Assembly: GCA_902801125.1 (NCBI GenBank)
Contig: CADCGT010000001.1
Span: forward strand, 97,101-161,100
Length of the DNA stretch: 64,000 bases
Reading direction: 5' to 3'
Source of the DNA: an uncultured Pseudomonadota bacterium
Lineage (GTDB): Bacteria > Pseudomonadota > Alphaproteobacteria > Rs-D84
In this document: positions 19,759-29,579 of the stretch, one piece after another
How positions within the stretch are numbered: the stretch's first letter is position 1
Layout of the letters: every line of letters begins with the position of its first letter
Translations under genes and position numbers: made by a program
The notes under the pieces: model-generated
What the model was told of the DNA's origin: nothing
The model's database searches: none
What the model saw: only the letters and a program-made list of their open reading frames with translations

Positions 19759-21060
19759 TCACTTTCCCAAACACAACTGTGAAAATGTGGCGTCAAGGAT
19801 TTCCGACGTGCCGATTGTGCCAAGTATTTTGCCAATTGCATCGGCGGCGTATCGAACATGTTCGGCCAATATATCATAATCGCCGTCTGATTTTGTCATC
19901 GCGTTTTCTAATTCGCGGGCGGCGGTTGCCAATAAATCATGCGTGCGCGCGTTTATCATTAAAACCGATTCGCCGTGTCCGGTAATGTCGTTTATGCGCG
20001 TGCAAAGCGTTTTCATCATTTCATCAAATCCGGCACCCGTTTTCGCCGATACATAGATTGCGTTTTCTATGTTGTGCGAATCGACCGTGTCGCATTTGTT
20101 GACAACCAGTATTTCCCCTGGCGCGATTGGGGTCGCATTGCCGTTTGGTGTGATAATATGCAAAACAATATCCGCGTTTTCAATCTCTTGGTTTGTGCGT
20201 TCTATGCCGATTCGTTCAACCGAATCAGTGGTTTCGCGAATGCCCGCCGTGTCCGACATATTTACCAAGAATCCGTCTATGTCCAGGTTTGCGGAAACCA
20301 CATCGCGCGTTGTGCCGGGCGTGTCGGAAACAATTGCGCGGTTTGCACCAACAATTCGATTAAACAATGAAGATTTACCAACATTTGTTTCACCGACCAA
20401 TACTATATTCACGCCACCACGAATTGCGCGTGCGGTTTTATATTTCGCCAATGCGGCGGAAATCGCCGTATAGAGCGTTTTTATATGTTCGTGAACAGTG
20501 TGTTCTATGTTCGCCGGCAAATCATCCGCCGGGTAATCGGTCATTGCCGCCGCATAGGCGGAAATTTCCAACATTTGTTGCCGCCAATCGGCATAAACCG
20601 TGCCGTCGCCCCCCATCATAGATTTTAACGCCGCGGCCCGTTGTTTGTCGGTTTCGGCATCAAGCAGTGCGGCCAGGCCGTCAACATCGGACAAATCCAT
20701 TTTGCCGTTATAAAACGCGCGCCGTGAAAATTCACCCGGGGTGGCGATTCGCATGTCGTGCGTCCGCAAAAATTCAAATATTTTATTTATAACCGCCGGC
20801 GCGCCGTGCGAATGAATCTCTATGACATCGGTGCCGGTGAAACTGTGCGGGGCGGCAAAGTATATAATAACACATTGGTCAATGATTTCCCCCGCATTGT
20901 CGGCCAGGTTTGTAAAATACGCGTGCCGTGGCGCCAAGGTGGCGCGCCCAATAATTTTTTGTGCAAAGTCTTGTAAATCGTTGCCCGATATGCGAATTAC
21001 CGCAACACCGGATTTCCCATGTCCAGATGATAATGCAAATATTGTATCGTTATTGTTCAT
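19759..21060 (-). CDS. mnmE: tRNA modification GTPase MnmE
   Basis: G-domain (GETNVGKSSL) and C-terminal CLGK. Confidence 0.9.
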   Translation of the reverse strand: MNNNDTIFALSSGHGKSGVAVIRISGNDLQDFAQKIIGRATLAPRHAYFTNLADNAGEIIDQCVIIYFAAPHSFTGTDVIEIHSHGAPAVINKIFEFLRTHDMRIATPGEFSRRAFYNGKMDLSDVDGLAALLDAETDKQRAAALKSMMGGDGTVYADWRQQMLEISAYAAAMTDYPADDLPANIEHTVHEHIKTLYTAISAALAKYKTARAIRGGVNIVLVGETNVGKSSLFNRIVGANRAIVSDTPGTTRDVVSANLDIDGFLVNMSDTAGIRETTDSVERIGIERTNQEIENADIVLHIITPNGNATPIAPGEILVVNKCDTVDSHNIENAIYVSAKTGAGFDEMMKTLCTRINDITGHGESVLMINARTHDLLATAARELENAMTKSDGDYDILAEHVRYAADAIGKILGTIGTSEILDATFSQLCLGK

Positions 21061-21061
21061 C

Positions 21062-21643
21062 TTATTTGTTTCCGCTTATTTCCCGTAATGCCATGGGAAC
21101 CAGTTTTGTTATGTCCGCGGTTGGGTTTTGTGCAACCAATTTTTGCGCCATATCGACAACATCCATACGCCGATATCCCAATGATTCCAACGCAGACAGT
21201 AAATCCGGCAATACGCCGGTTGACGATACATCGGGCGTAAACAGTGTTGCGGACCCGCCCGCAACGCGCGATTTTAATTCAACGATAATTTTTTCCGCCA
21301 TCTTTTTGCCGACCCCCGGCGCGGTTGCAATGGTCTTGGCATCGCCCGTTGCAATCGCGGTCATAAGTGTATCGGTCTTTATCGTTCCCATAATCGACAT
21401 CGCAACCCGCGGTCCGACACCCGACACACCCGTCAACATATTAAATAAATCGCGCCCCGATTGATTCATAAACCCAAACAGACGAATCGAATCTTCGCGA
21501 ACAACCGTTTCAATCCAGAGCGATATGTTCGTTCCCAATGTCAATGTTTCCGGCGTATAGACCATATATCCAACGCCGCCCGTCATCAAAATTATGTGGT
21601 CGGAACCAATATAATCAACAATGCCTTGCAATTTTCCAATCAT
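21062..21643 (-). CDS. ruvA: Holliday junction branch-migration protein RuvA
   Basis: RuvA domains I-III. HhH motif GVGPRVA. Confidence 0.9.
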   Translation of the reverse strand: MIGKLQGIVDYIGSDHIILMTGGVGYMVYTPETLTLGTNISLWIETVVREDSIRLFGFMNQSGRDLFNMLTGVSGVGPRVAMSIMGTIKTDTLMTAIATGDAKTIATAPGVGKKMAEKIIVELKSRVAGGSATLFTPDVSSTGVLPDLLSALESLGYRRMDVVDMAQKLVAQNPTADITKLVPMALREISGNK

Positions 21644-21696
21644 TTGTTATCCTTATGCCATATTATTTTAATCTAATAAAATCAAAAGGTCAAACA

Positions 21697-22413
21697 ATGA
21701 GTGGACACAGCAAGTGGCATAATATTCAACATAAAAAAGGACTGGCCGATGCGGCGCGCAGTGGTCTGTTCACAAAATTGGCACGTGAAATTACTATGGC
21801 GGCAAAATTGGGCGATAAAAACCCGGATAACAATCCGCGGTTGCGCCTTGCCATTTTACAGGCACGCAAAAATTCTATGCCGAACGATAATATTAAACGC
21901 GCAATTGACAAGGCATCGGGTTCAAATACCGAAAGTTATGTTGCCGTGCGTTACGAAGGATATGGCCCCGGTGCCGTTCCCGTTATTGTCGAGGCATTGA
22001 CCGATAACCCACGCCGCACAGTGCCCGAGGTTCGCAATATATTTGCCAAAAACGGTGGCAATATGGGCGAAGAGGGCAGTGTTGTGTTTATGTTCACACG
22101 CGTTGGGCAAATATTCTATCCGGCGACAATCGGTAAAACCGAAGATGAAATGATGGAAATCGTTATGGATGCAGGTGCCGATAACCTTGAAACATCGGAC
22201 GAAGGATTTATTATTACAACCAAGCCCGATGATTTTATGAATGTGCAAAAGGCGATTTCTGATGCCCTTGGCGAACCGGAAAATGCAGAATTGACATGGT
22301 TGCCAAATATGCCGATGGATTTAGACGAAGAATCATATGCAAAAATCGAAAAATTGGTTGATGCGTTGGATGCCAATGACGATGTGCAAAAGGTATTCAC
22401 CGCCGCGGCGTAA
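21697..22413 (+). CDS. yebC: YebC/PmpR family transcriptional regulator
   Basis: MSGHSKWHNIQHKK start and full-length YebC fold. The upstream extension to 21538 was rejected. Confidence 0.9.
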   Translation: MSGHSKWHNIQHKKGLADAARSGLFTKLAREITMAAKLGDKNPDNNPRLRLAILQARKNSMPNDNIKRAIDKASGSNTESYVAVRYEGYGPGAVPVIVEALTDNPRRTVPEVRNIFAKNGGNMGEEGSVVFMFTRVGQIFYPATIGKTEDEMMEIVMDAGADNLETSDEGFIITTKPDDFMNVQKAISDALGEPENAELTWLPNMPMDLDEESYAKIEKLVDALDANDDVQKVFTAAA

Positions 22414-22472
22414 TTAGTGGTTAGTGGTTAGTGTTAGTGGTTAGTATGCGGGGCGTTGCCCCGCATTTTTTA
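22414..22472 (+). repeat. TTAGTGG heptamer array plus rho-independent terminator
   Basis: ttagtggttagtggttagtgttagtggttagt directly after the yebC stop, then hairpin gcggggcgttgccccgc and a T-run. Confidence 0.75.
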
Positions 22473-22763
22473 CAATTCGTCATACATTGTATTAAATAAT
22501 TTTACCAATAGTTCCGTGTTTTCGATATCGGTGACCAATATCATCGGCTTTGCGCCGGGGTATGGAATTTCAAATGTTGCGGTTGGAATAATTCGTTGGG
22601 CCGCCATTGTTGGTTTGACCAAGAGCCGGTTATCATAAATTCCGCCAATGATTTTTCCGCGATAGTAAACAATGTATTCGCCCATCATTGCACGGTATGT
22701 TATATCGGGCAATTCCGATAATTGCCCAAGGACGAAATCCAAAAATTCTTTGCTTGATGGCAT
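22470..22763 (-). CDS. TfoX/Sxy N-terminal-domain protein
   Basis: 97 aa with a TfoX_N-like core (MGEYIVYYRGKIIGGIYDNRLLVK). Confidence 0.6.
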   Translation of the reverse strand: MPSSKEFLDFVLGQLSELPDITYRAMMGEYIVYYRGKIIGGIYDNRLLVKPTMAAQRIIPTATFEIPYPGAKPMILVTDIENTELLVKLFNTMYDEL

Positions 22764-22765
22764 TT

Positions 22766-23254
22766 TTATTTTATAAATTTTTCAAATTGGGTTGTGTTGG
22801 CGTGGGCAAGGGCGATTGCGATGGCATCACTTTCGTCCGTGGTTTTTGGATTCGCGCCCGGCAACAGTATTCGCACCATTTTATCAACCGCCGTTTTGTC
22901 CGCATGGCCCCCACCGGTAAGAATCTTTTTAACACGATTCGGTTCGTATTCAAATACCGGAATATTTCTAACCGATATCGCAACCATTGCCGCCGCGCGC
23001 GCGTGTCCCAAAATAAGTGTCGTTGTTGGGTTTTTGTTCACAAATGTTATTTCCATGCTGGATTCGTCCGGCGAAAAAGTATCAACCAATTTTGTGACTT
23101 CGTTAAAAATAATCGCCAATCTTTCGGACAGTGCCCCGGTCTTTTTGGGTAAAATCACACCACTGGCAATATATTTGCGCGCGTTGCCAACCGTTTCGAT
23201 TACCGCCCAACCGGTATGTAAAAGTCCGGGGTCTATGCCCAATATGCGTGTCAT
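22766..23254 (-). CDS. ruvC: crossover junction endodeoxyribonuclease RuvC
   Basis: RNase-H-like fold. N-terminal ILGIDPG with catalytic Asp. Confidence 0.9.
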   Translation of the reverse strand: MTRILGIDPGLLHTGWAVIETVGNARKYIASGVILPKKTGALSERLAIIFNEVTKLVDTFSPDESSMEITFVNKNPTTTLILGHARAAAMVAISVRNIPVFEYEPNRVKKILTGGGHADKTAVDKMVRILLPGANPKTTDESDAIAIALAHANTTQFEKFIK

Positions 23255-23262
23255 GTTTTTGC

Positions 23263-23595
23263 CTATTTTCTAAAACTTATTTTCGCAACACAGTCGGTGC
23301 CAAAGTATTTGTTGATTTTATTTTTTATTTCATCCGTCATATATGATAATTGTAATGTATACGCCGGATTCCGTGGGCGCAAGACAATATTGTATTCGCC
23401 GGTGCGTGTTTTTTTTATCGCGCAGATGTCCGCCATGCCGGATATTTCCGGCCCCATTATTTCTGGCCACCGCGCGACCAAATCCGAATCTGATGCGCGC
23501 ACACCAAATATTTTGAACAGCCCGCCCAACGCCCCCGCGATACTTTGCGGACGTTTGGTGCGGACCGATAAATCTTTATTTTTTGGGTTTGACAT
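23263..23595 (-). CDS. DUF721 (DciA-like) protein
   Basis: About 110 aa, basic N-terminus and a DUF721-like core. Family assignment is from pattern only. Confidence 0.5.
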   Translation of the reverse strand: MSNPKNKDLSVRTKRPQSIAGALGGLFKIFGVRASDSDLVARWPEIMGPEISGMADICAIKKTRTGEYNIVLRPRNPAYTLQLSYMTDEIKNKINKYFGTDCVAKISFRK

Positions 23596-24700
23596 AACTG
23601 TATTCTTTCGGCATTAAAATATACATCTCGCCCTGGGCATGTTGACCGTGGGCATATTTATATGCTTCGTCGCCTTTGCCAAAGAATATATCGGCGCGAA
23701 CGAAACCGCGTATCGCACTGCCGGTGTCTTGGGCAATCATAAGGCGTCTAAATTTTTGTCCGTTCGACAGTTTGGTATCGATGTATACGGGCAATCCCAA
23801 TGTATACAGCGAATCGTCCATTGCAACACTGCGTATTTTCGACAGCGGTGTGCCAAGTTTACCAATCACATCCGGCGGGACCGATTCATAGAAATAAACA
23901 TATCGCGGATTGTTGTAAATAACCTCTTTGGCAAGTTTTGGATTCTTTTTCAAATGTTTCCAAACCGCGTCCGCCGAATAACCGCCTTCGGGTCGAATGC
24001 CACGGTTGCGCAATTGTTCGCCAATGGATTTAAATGGTAAATCGTTTACCGCGGCAAAGTTTAACTTTACCAATGTGCCATCGCTTAGTTTTAACATACC
24101 GCTGCCCTGGATTTGAATGTTTTGAACATCAACAATGTTCGCCCAATACAGGACGCGTCCGATTTTGTTTTCAACAATTTGTTTTTTTGAAACGCCTTTG
24201 TATGCGCGGCCATCGGTCGGAACGCCCATCAATGGTTCGTTACATTCCGCCGTTTTTGTTCGGCAACCTGGAATTACCGGCGAATAGTATCCGGTATATG
24301 TGCCGGTACTGGTTCCGTTGTCGTTATAGATTTTATATGGTTGGAAATTCGATTCAAACCATGCGCGAACGGTCGCGGTGTCGGCACTTGCACTTGGTAA
24401 CATATTGCATTTTTCTTCGAACAACGCGCGGTCCGGGACGACGCGTCCGCGGTATTGAATTTTTGCCTTGCACGAATTACGAAACGCCTGGAGTGCGTAT
24501 CGCACATCGTCGCTTTCCCAATCCGGCAAGTCGGAATAAGATACTTTCTTTAAATTTTCGCCCGGCACAACCGAATCGTCGCCACTGTGTGTCGGTGTTG
24601 ATACGTCGCATGATGCCAGGAAAAGTCCGCACAGACCGTATACGGCCCCGCGCAGAATAGCCCCAAGAATGTTTGTTTGCATTTTATTTGTTTCCCCCAC
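23576..24700 (-). CDS. mltA: membrane-bound lytic murein transglycosylase A
   Basis: Lipoprotein signal. MltA and 3D domains. Confidence 0.8.
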   Translation of the reverse strand: MGETNKMQTNILGAILRGAVYGLCGLFLASCDVSTPTHSGDDSVVPGENLKKVSYSDLPDWESDDVRYALQAFRNSCKAKIQYRGRVVPDRALFEEKCNMLPSASADTATVRAWFESNFQPYKIYNDNGTSTGTYTGYYSPVIPGCRTKTAECNEPLMGVPTDGRAYKGVSKKQIVENKIGRVLYWANIVDVQNIQIQGSGMLKLSDGTLVKLNFAAVNDLPFKSIGEQLRNRGIRPEGGYSADAVWKHLKKNPKLAKEVIYNNPRYVYFYESVPPDVIGKLGTPLSKIRSVAMDDSLYTLGLPVYIDTKLSNGQKFRRLMIAQDTGSAIRGFVRADIFFGKGDEAYKYAHGQHAQGEMYILMPKEYSYVKPKK

Positions 24701-24763
24701 TTGTAAATTTTCCCTTCCATGCTATATTATCATAAAACGAGTCATAAAAAAAGGAGCAATCGC

Positions 24764-25201
24764 ATGGCAAAGTTCAATATTATATCCCAATTTCTTAAAG
24801 ATATTTCTTTTGAAAGCCCAAATGTCCCAGATTTATTCTTTAAACAGGACAATGGCCAGGCCGAATTAGAAATAAATATAGATATGCAGGTCAAAGGTTC
24901 AGAAAAGAATCTGTATATGGTTGATTTGATTACAAAAATTCATTCTAAATTGAAATCTGATGCAAAGTCGATATTCCTTATCGAGGCGACATATACGGGC
25001 CTGGTCCAAATCGACGAATCGGAAAAAGATGAAGAAGCAAAAAAACGGACACTTTTAATTGATGTGCCGACGTTGTTGTTCCCGTCGGTGCGTGCGTTGG
25101 TGACGCGCCTTACCGCGGAATCTGGATTCCCGCCGTTCGCAATGCAGATGGTTGACTTTGCCGATATGTATGAAAAACGTAATCAGCAAAAGGCCAAATA
25201 A
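24764..25201 (+). CDS. secB: protein-export chaperone SecB
   Basis: AAAGGAG RBS 8 nt upstream of ATG 24764. SecB fold. Confidence 0.85.
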   Translation: MAKFNIISQFLKDISFESPNVPDLFFKQDNGQAELEINIDMQVKGSEKNLYMVDLITKIHSKLKSDAKSIFLIEATYTGLVQIDESEKDEEAKKRTLLIDVPTLLFPSVRALVTRLTAESGFPPFAMQMVDFADMYEKRNQQKAK

Positions 25202-25220
25202 TTTGCATTCACCAAAATGT

Positions 25221-25247
25221 AACGCACCAGTTGGTGCGTTTTTTTGT
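25221..25247 (+). terminator. rho-independent terminator after secB
   Basis: Hairpin aacgcaccagttggtgcgtt followed by T7. Confidence 0.7.
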
Positions 25248-25312
25248 GCCTTTGCGATTCGGTTTTTTTGTGATACAATTATCACAAGGATTTTTTGGGG
25301 GAGAGAGATTTT

Positions 25313-26497
25313 ATGGCCAAAGACAAGTATATTTCGGCCCGCGGTTCGCTTAGCGGTTTTTCATTTGCAAACCTTGGGATTTTTACCGGTTTTGCCGATG
25401 GTATTTATAATGCAGTATATTCGTTGGTTATTTTGGAAATATTCAAAAGTTCCGCAATTGTTGGTATCTATGTCGCGATTTATTCGGTGTTCTGTGTGAT
25501 TGTGGGTTTATTCGCGAACGAAATATTCCGTATGTTTTCCAAGGTTCGGGTGTTTTATTTTGCGTTGCTGATGTTGGTTGCGTGCTATGCAATGATGGGG
25601 TTTTCGGTGTTGCCACGGACATTTATCGTCTTGGATTATACAAGTGGTTTTGCCATAACATTGACCGCAATGTTGATACCGTTGTTTATGTCTGATTTTT
25701 CCGGAAATGTTGGTATGGCGCGGTTAAATTCGCGTTATCATTTGTGGGTGAATGTGGGGGCATTGATTGCGCCGTTGTTGGCGGTTATGGTTGCAACCCG
25801 ATTCGGTAATCGGTCGGCATTCTTTTTGTCGGCGGCAATTTATATGGTTGCATGGGTGTTCTTTAAATTTTTCCGCCTGCGCCAAGAAGATAAACAAATT
25901 AAACCCGTCAATCCGCGTCGAACGGTGCGCGCGTTATGGCGCAATGCGATGGCTTTCTTTCGCACGCCAGGTATGTTGCGCGCATATGCGATAAATTTTG
26001 GATTTTATTCTTTGCGTGCGATGCGATACCTGTATGTGCCGATTGTGGTCATAGAAAACGGATTTTCACGCGACACATTGGGTTGGGTTTTAAGTATTGG
26101 GATTATTCCGTATTTATTATTGTCTGATTTGATGGCGCGCCTTGTGCGGCGATTCGGTAAAAAGATATGGCTGGTGATTGGGTTTGGGTCGTTCGCGGCG
26201 TTTTCGGTGTGGGCGACGGTCGCAACCGGATTCCCGGTGTTGGCGATATTTGTGCTTTGGCAAATATCGGGGGCGTTGATGGAACCGGTGCATGATTTGA
26301 TGTTCTTTGATAACACCAAGAAAAGTCAACAGGCGCGTTTTTATGGCGTTTTCCGGACCAGTGTGAATTTCCCAAATGTTATTGCACCCGTTGTTGGGGC
26401 GGCATGTATTGCGTTCTTTGGTGCAACATCGGCGGTATGGTTGGTGACCTTTGCCATTGGGGTTTTGTCGGTCGGTATTTTAATGTCTAAAAAGTAA
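25313..26497 (+). CDS. MFS transporter
   Basis: 12 predicted TM helices. ATG 25313 preceded by a GGGGGAGAGAG RBS. The ORF-track start at 25295 is TTG. Confidence 0.75.
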   Translation: MAKDKYISARGSLSGFSFANLGIFTGFADGIYNAVYSLVILEIFKSSAIVGIYVAIYSVFCVIVGLFANEIFRMFSKVRVFYFALLMLVACYAMMGFSVLPRTFIVLDYTSGFAITLTAMLIPLFMSDFSGNVGMARLNSRYHLWVNVGALIAPLLAVMVATRFGNRSAFFLSAAIYMVAWVFFKFFRLRQEDKQIKPVNPRRTVRALWRNAMAFFRTPGMLRAYAINFGFYSLRAMRYLYVPIVVIENGFSRDTLGWVLSIGIIPYLLLSDLMARLVRRFGKKIWLVIGFGSFAAFSVWATVATGFPVLAIFVLWQISGALMEPVHDLMFFDNTKKSQQARFYGVFRTSVNFPNVIAPVVGAACIAFFGATSAVWLVTFAIGVLSVGILMSKK

Positions 26498-26551
26498 TTG
26501 CAAGGGGCATTTTTTCTTTGTATCATCAAAATACAAGAAAAGGGGTTTTTA

Positions 26552-27625
26552 ATGGCAAAAAAAGAAGTTGCAGCAACCGGCGGAAAAAATCCGGCGTTGG
26601 AATCTGCGTTGGCACAAATTCAAAAACAATTTGGTAAAGAAGCAATCATGAAAATGGGCGACGGTTCCCAACAGAATATAGAGGCGATATCGTCCGGTTC
26701 GTTGGGGTTGGATATCGCACTTGGAATCGGTGGGTATCCGCGTGGTCGCATCGTTGAAATATATGGCCCAGAAAGCAGTGGTAAAACCACACTGGCCCTG
26801 CATGCCGTGGCCGAGGCGCAAAAGAAAGGTGGTACATGCGCGTATATCGATGCGGAAAATGCACTGGACCCAAGTTATGCAAAAAAATTGGGCGTGGATG
26901 TCGCGAACCTTATTATATCGCAACCGGATTCAGGCGAACAGGCATTAGAAATTGCCGATACCTTGATTAAATCGGGCGCGGTTGATGTTGTGGTTATCGA
27001 TTCGGTTGCGGCATTGGTGCCCAAGGCCGAATTAGAAGGCAATATTGGCGACAGCTTTGTTGGCACAACCGCAAGATTGATGAGTCAATCGTTGAAAAAA
27101 CTGGCGGGGTCGGTATCGCGCAGCAATACATTGCTTATATTCATCAACCAGATTCGTATGAAAATTGGTGTTATGTTCGGCAACCCAGAAACAACCAGTG
27201 GTGGAAATGCATTAAAATTCTATGCGTCGGTGCGCCTTGATATTCGCCGGACCGGGGCAATCAAAGACAAAGAAAATGTTATTGGTAATGAAACGCGGGT
27301 CAAGATTGTTAAAAATAAAGTTGCACCGCCATTCCGGACCGTTGATTTCAAAATTATGTATGGCGAAGGTATTTCCCGTATAAGTGAAATCTTGGATATG
27401 GGTGTGAAGTATGACTTTATCGATAAAGCCGGAAGTTTTTATTCCTATAACAATGAACGCATAGGCCAGGGCGAAGCGAACGCGCGCCAGTGGTTGAAAG
27501 ACCATCCAGAAGCGCAAGCGGAATTGTTGGAAAAAATTATGGCACGCGCAAACGGTATTGCCGAAGAAATGACAACCGGCCCGTCGGAAGATGAATCTGA
27601 TACGGTCGTGGGCGACGAAGAATAA
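26552..27625 (+). CDS. recA: recombinase RecA
   Basis: Walker [10 protein letters not shown]. Full RecA core. Confidence 0.95.
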   Translation: MAKKEVAATGGKNPALESALAQIQKQFGKEAIMKMGDGSQQNIEAISSGSLGLDIALGIGGYPRGRIVEIYGPESSGKTTLALHAVAEAQKKGGTCAYIDAENALDPSYAKKLGVDVANLIISQPDSGEQALEIADTLIKSGAVDVVVIDSVAALVPKAELEGNIGDSFVGTTARLMSQSLKKLAGSVSRSNTLLIFINQIRMKIGVMFGNPETTSGGNALKFYASVRLDIRRTGAIKDKENVIGNETRVKIVKNKVAPPFRTVDFKIMYGEGISRISEILDMGVKYDFIDKAGSFYSYNNERIGQGEANARQWLKDHPEAQAELLEKIMARANGIAEEMTTGPSEDESDTVVGDEE

Positions 27626-27639
27626 AGAAAGGGGGCGAC

Positions 27640-28527
27640 ATGAACATATCGCGCGCATGGGCGTTGGCGCAAATTGTTGTGCGGGCGCATATATTGAATT
27701 GGTTTTGGCGACCACGTGCGGTGCGCAGCCTTGTGCGGTGCGATGTGTTTTCTGATGTTGCCGTGCGTTATTTTAAACGATATTTGCCGGCGGTGGACGC
27801 GGTTCAGGAAACCGAAGTTATCAAAGATGATGATAATGAAAAAATTTTTACTATGTGGCAACAGGGGGAAAAATCTGCGCCACCGTTGGTGTCGTCGTGT
27901 TTTCGCAGCATACGTCGTCATTGTAAACAAGAACTTGTTGTGCTTGATGACAATAACTTTGAACAATATGTAAATTTACCGCCCGAAATAATAAAAAAAT
28001 ATCGTGACGGTAAAATAAGACGCGCGCATTTTGCAGATATTGTTCGTGTGGAATTATTATATGAACATGGTGGTATCTGGTTGGATTCAACCGCATTTGT
28101 GACCGAACCGATTCCTGATTGGATTATCAAACAAGATTTCTTTGTGTTTATGGTTGGTAATGTTGGCCAAAAATACAGTTATATGCAAAATTGTTTTATA
28201 CGCGCACGTCGCGGTGCGTATTTGTTGGCGGCATGGCGCGCAATGATTATCGATTATTGGATGCATGAAAATCATTGCTTTGATTATTTTATGCATCAAT
28301 TGTTATTCAAGACTTTGGTTGAAAATGATGCTCGTGCAAAAAAGTATTTTGCCCAAATGCCGCATGTTGACCAAGACCCAACACACGCACTTTGGCATAA
28401 ATACAAACACGAACAATATGATGAAAATTTGTTCAAAAAATTGATTTCTGGGGCGTTTTTTCAAAAATGTGCCTATGCGGATGCACCGTTACCGGGAACT
28501 TTTGCCGAGGCAATAACAAAAATGTAA
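27640..28527 (+). CDS. capsular-polysaccharide-synthesis-type glycosyltransferase (Caps_synth/GT32-like)
   Basis: Pattern LYEHGGIWLDSTAFV resembles the Caps_synth family. RBS AAAGAAAGGGGG. Confidence 0.6.
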   Translation: MNISRAWALAQIVVRAHILNWFWRPRAVRSLVRCDVFSDVAVRYFKRYLPAVDAVQETEVIKDDDNEKIFTMWQQGEKSAPPLVSSCFRSIRRHCKQELVVLDDNNFEQYVNLPPEIIKKYRDGKIRRAHFADIVRVELLYEHGGIWLDSTAFVTEPIPDWIIKQDFFVFMVGNVGQKYSYMQNCFIRARRGAYLLAAWRAMIIDYWMHENHCFDYFMHQLLFKTLVENDARAKKYFAQMPHVDQDPTHALWHKYKHEQYDENLFKKLISGAFFQKCAYADAPLPGTFAEAITKM

Positions 28528-28550
28528 ACACAAAAAAAGGGAGGCACCAT

Positions 28551-29573
28551 ATGCAGCCAAAAATATCAATAATCATTCCTATGTATGGTGTAGAGAAATA
28601 TTTGCGTCGTTGTTTGGACAGTGTACTTAATCAGACATTTTCAGATTGGACGGCGATTTGTGTTGATGATGGTTCGCCCGACCGGTCGGGCGATATTGCC
28701 GAAGAATATGCCGCGCGTGATAAACGCTTTATTGTTGTGCATCAAGAAAATGGCGGTCTGTCGGATGCCCGTAATACAGGTATGAAATATGCCGATGGTG
28801 AATATATAATGTTTTTGGACAGTGATGATTTCATTCATCCGCAAACAATGGAAATGACATATTATATGGCCATGCGCGATGATACGGATGTTGTTGCGTT
28901 CACATATGACAGAATCTATCGTCCGCGTTTAATGGTGCGGCATATGTTGGGTATGAATACCGATAACATTAAACCATGGGGAATCGGGTATAGATACGGC
29001 CCCGAATGTGTGTGCAGTTTGGTCACAAACGATATTTATAAATATGCCACCGAAAAATCCCACAATATGTTTAATACCAATCGTCGTTGGTTGATTAAAC
29101 ATTGCCAGGTATGGAAAAACCTTTATCGCCGTTCTTTGATTGCGGATACGCCATTTATCAAAGGAATTTTGTTTGAAGATTTTCCATGGTGGTCGGTGGT
29201 TATGTTAAAAAATCCGCGCGTCACAATTTTGAATTTGCCACTGTATTATTATATACCAAATTTTGGTGGAATTGTGTTGTCTGCAAAGCAAATGAAAATG
29301 TTGACCAGTTTGTGCCTTGGCATCGAAAATGCCTTTGCGGTTTATCGCGCGCGCGCAAATCAATATCAATTTCAAATGTGGAATAAAAAGTTTTTATGGG
29401 CGTTTATAGGTTATGCATTTAAAAAAATAAAATATCTTGAAGAATCATCTGATATAGATACCGCGCGTGCGCATTTTACAAAACTTTGCAAAATGGGTGT
29501 GATGGATTTGCCGCCAAATAAATCTGCACGAAAATTGCGACATAAAATCCTTGAATTTGTTGGTATGCGGTAA
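28551..29573 (+). CDS. glycosyltransferase family 2
   Basis: ISIIIPMYG...CLDSVLNQT...DDGSPD...FLDSDD, a canonical GT-A/GT2 N-terminal domain. Confidence 0.85.
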   Translation: MQPKISIIIPMYGVEKYLRRCLDSVLNQTFSDWTAICVDDGSPDRSGDIAEEYAARDKRFIVVHQENGGLSDARNTGMKYADGEYIMFLDSDDFIHPQTMEMTYYMAMRDDTDVVAFTYDRIYRPRLMVRHMLGMNTDNIKPWGIGYRYGPECVCSLVTNDIYKYATEKSHNMFNTNRRWLIKHCQVWKNLYRRSLIADTPFIKGILFEDFPWWSVVMLKNPRVTILNLPLYYYIPNFGGIVLSAKQMKMLTSLCLGIENAFAVYRARANQYQFQMWNKKFLWAFIGYAFKKIKYLEESSDIDTARAHFTKLCKMGVMDLPPNKSARKLRHKILEFVGMR

Positions 29574-29579
29574 ATCGGT

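Noticed and set aside
21538-21696. Upstream extension of yebC
   Set aside because: The conserved YebC N-terminus (MSGHSKWHN) begins at 21697, and the extension overlaps ruvA.
22414-22445. Possibility that the TTAGTGG arrays are CRISPR arrays or microsatellites
   Set aside because: Units are 7 nt with no spacers, arrays are only 2-5 units, and they always abut a GC hairpin at a gene 3' end. The pattern fits neither.
28467-28550. Upstream extension of the GT2 gene (MCLCGC...)
   Set aside because: An AAAGGGAGG RBS precedes ATG 28551, and the GT2 domain starts there. The extension overlaps the previous gene's end.
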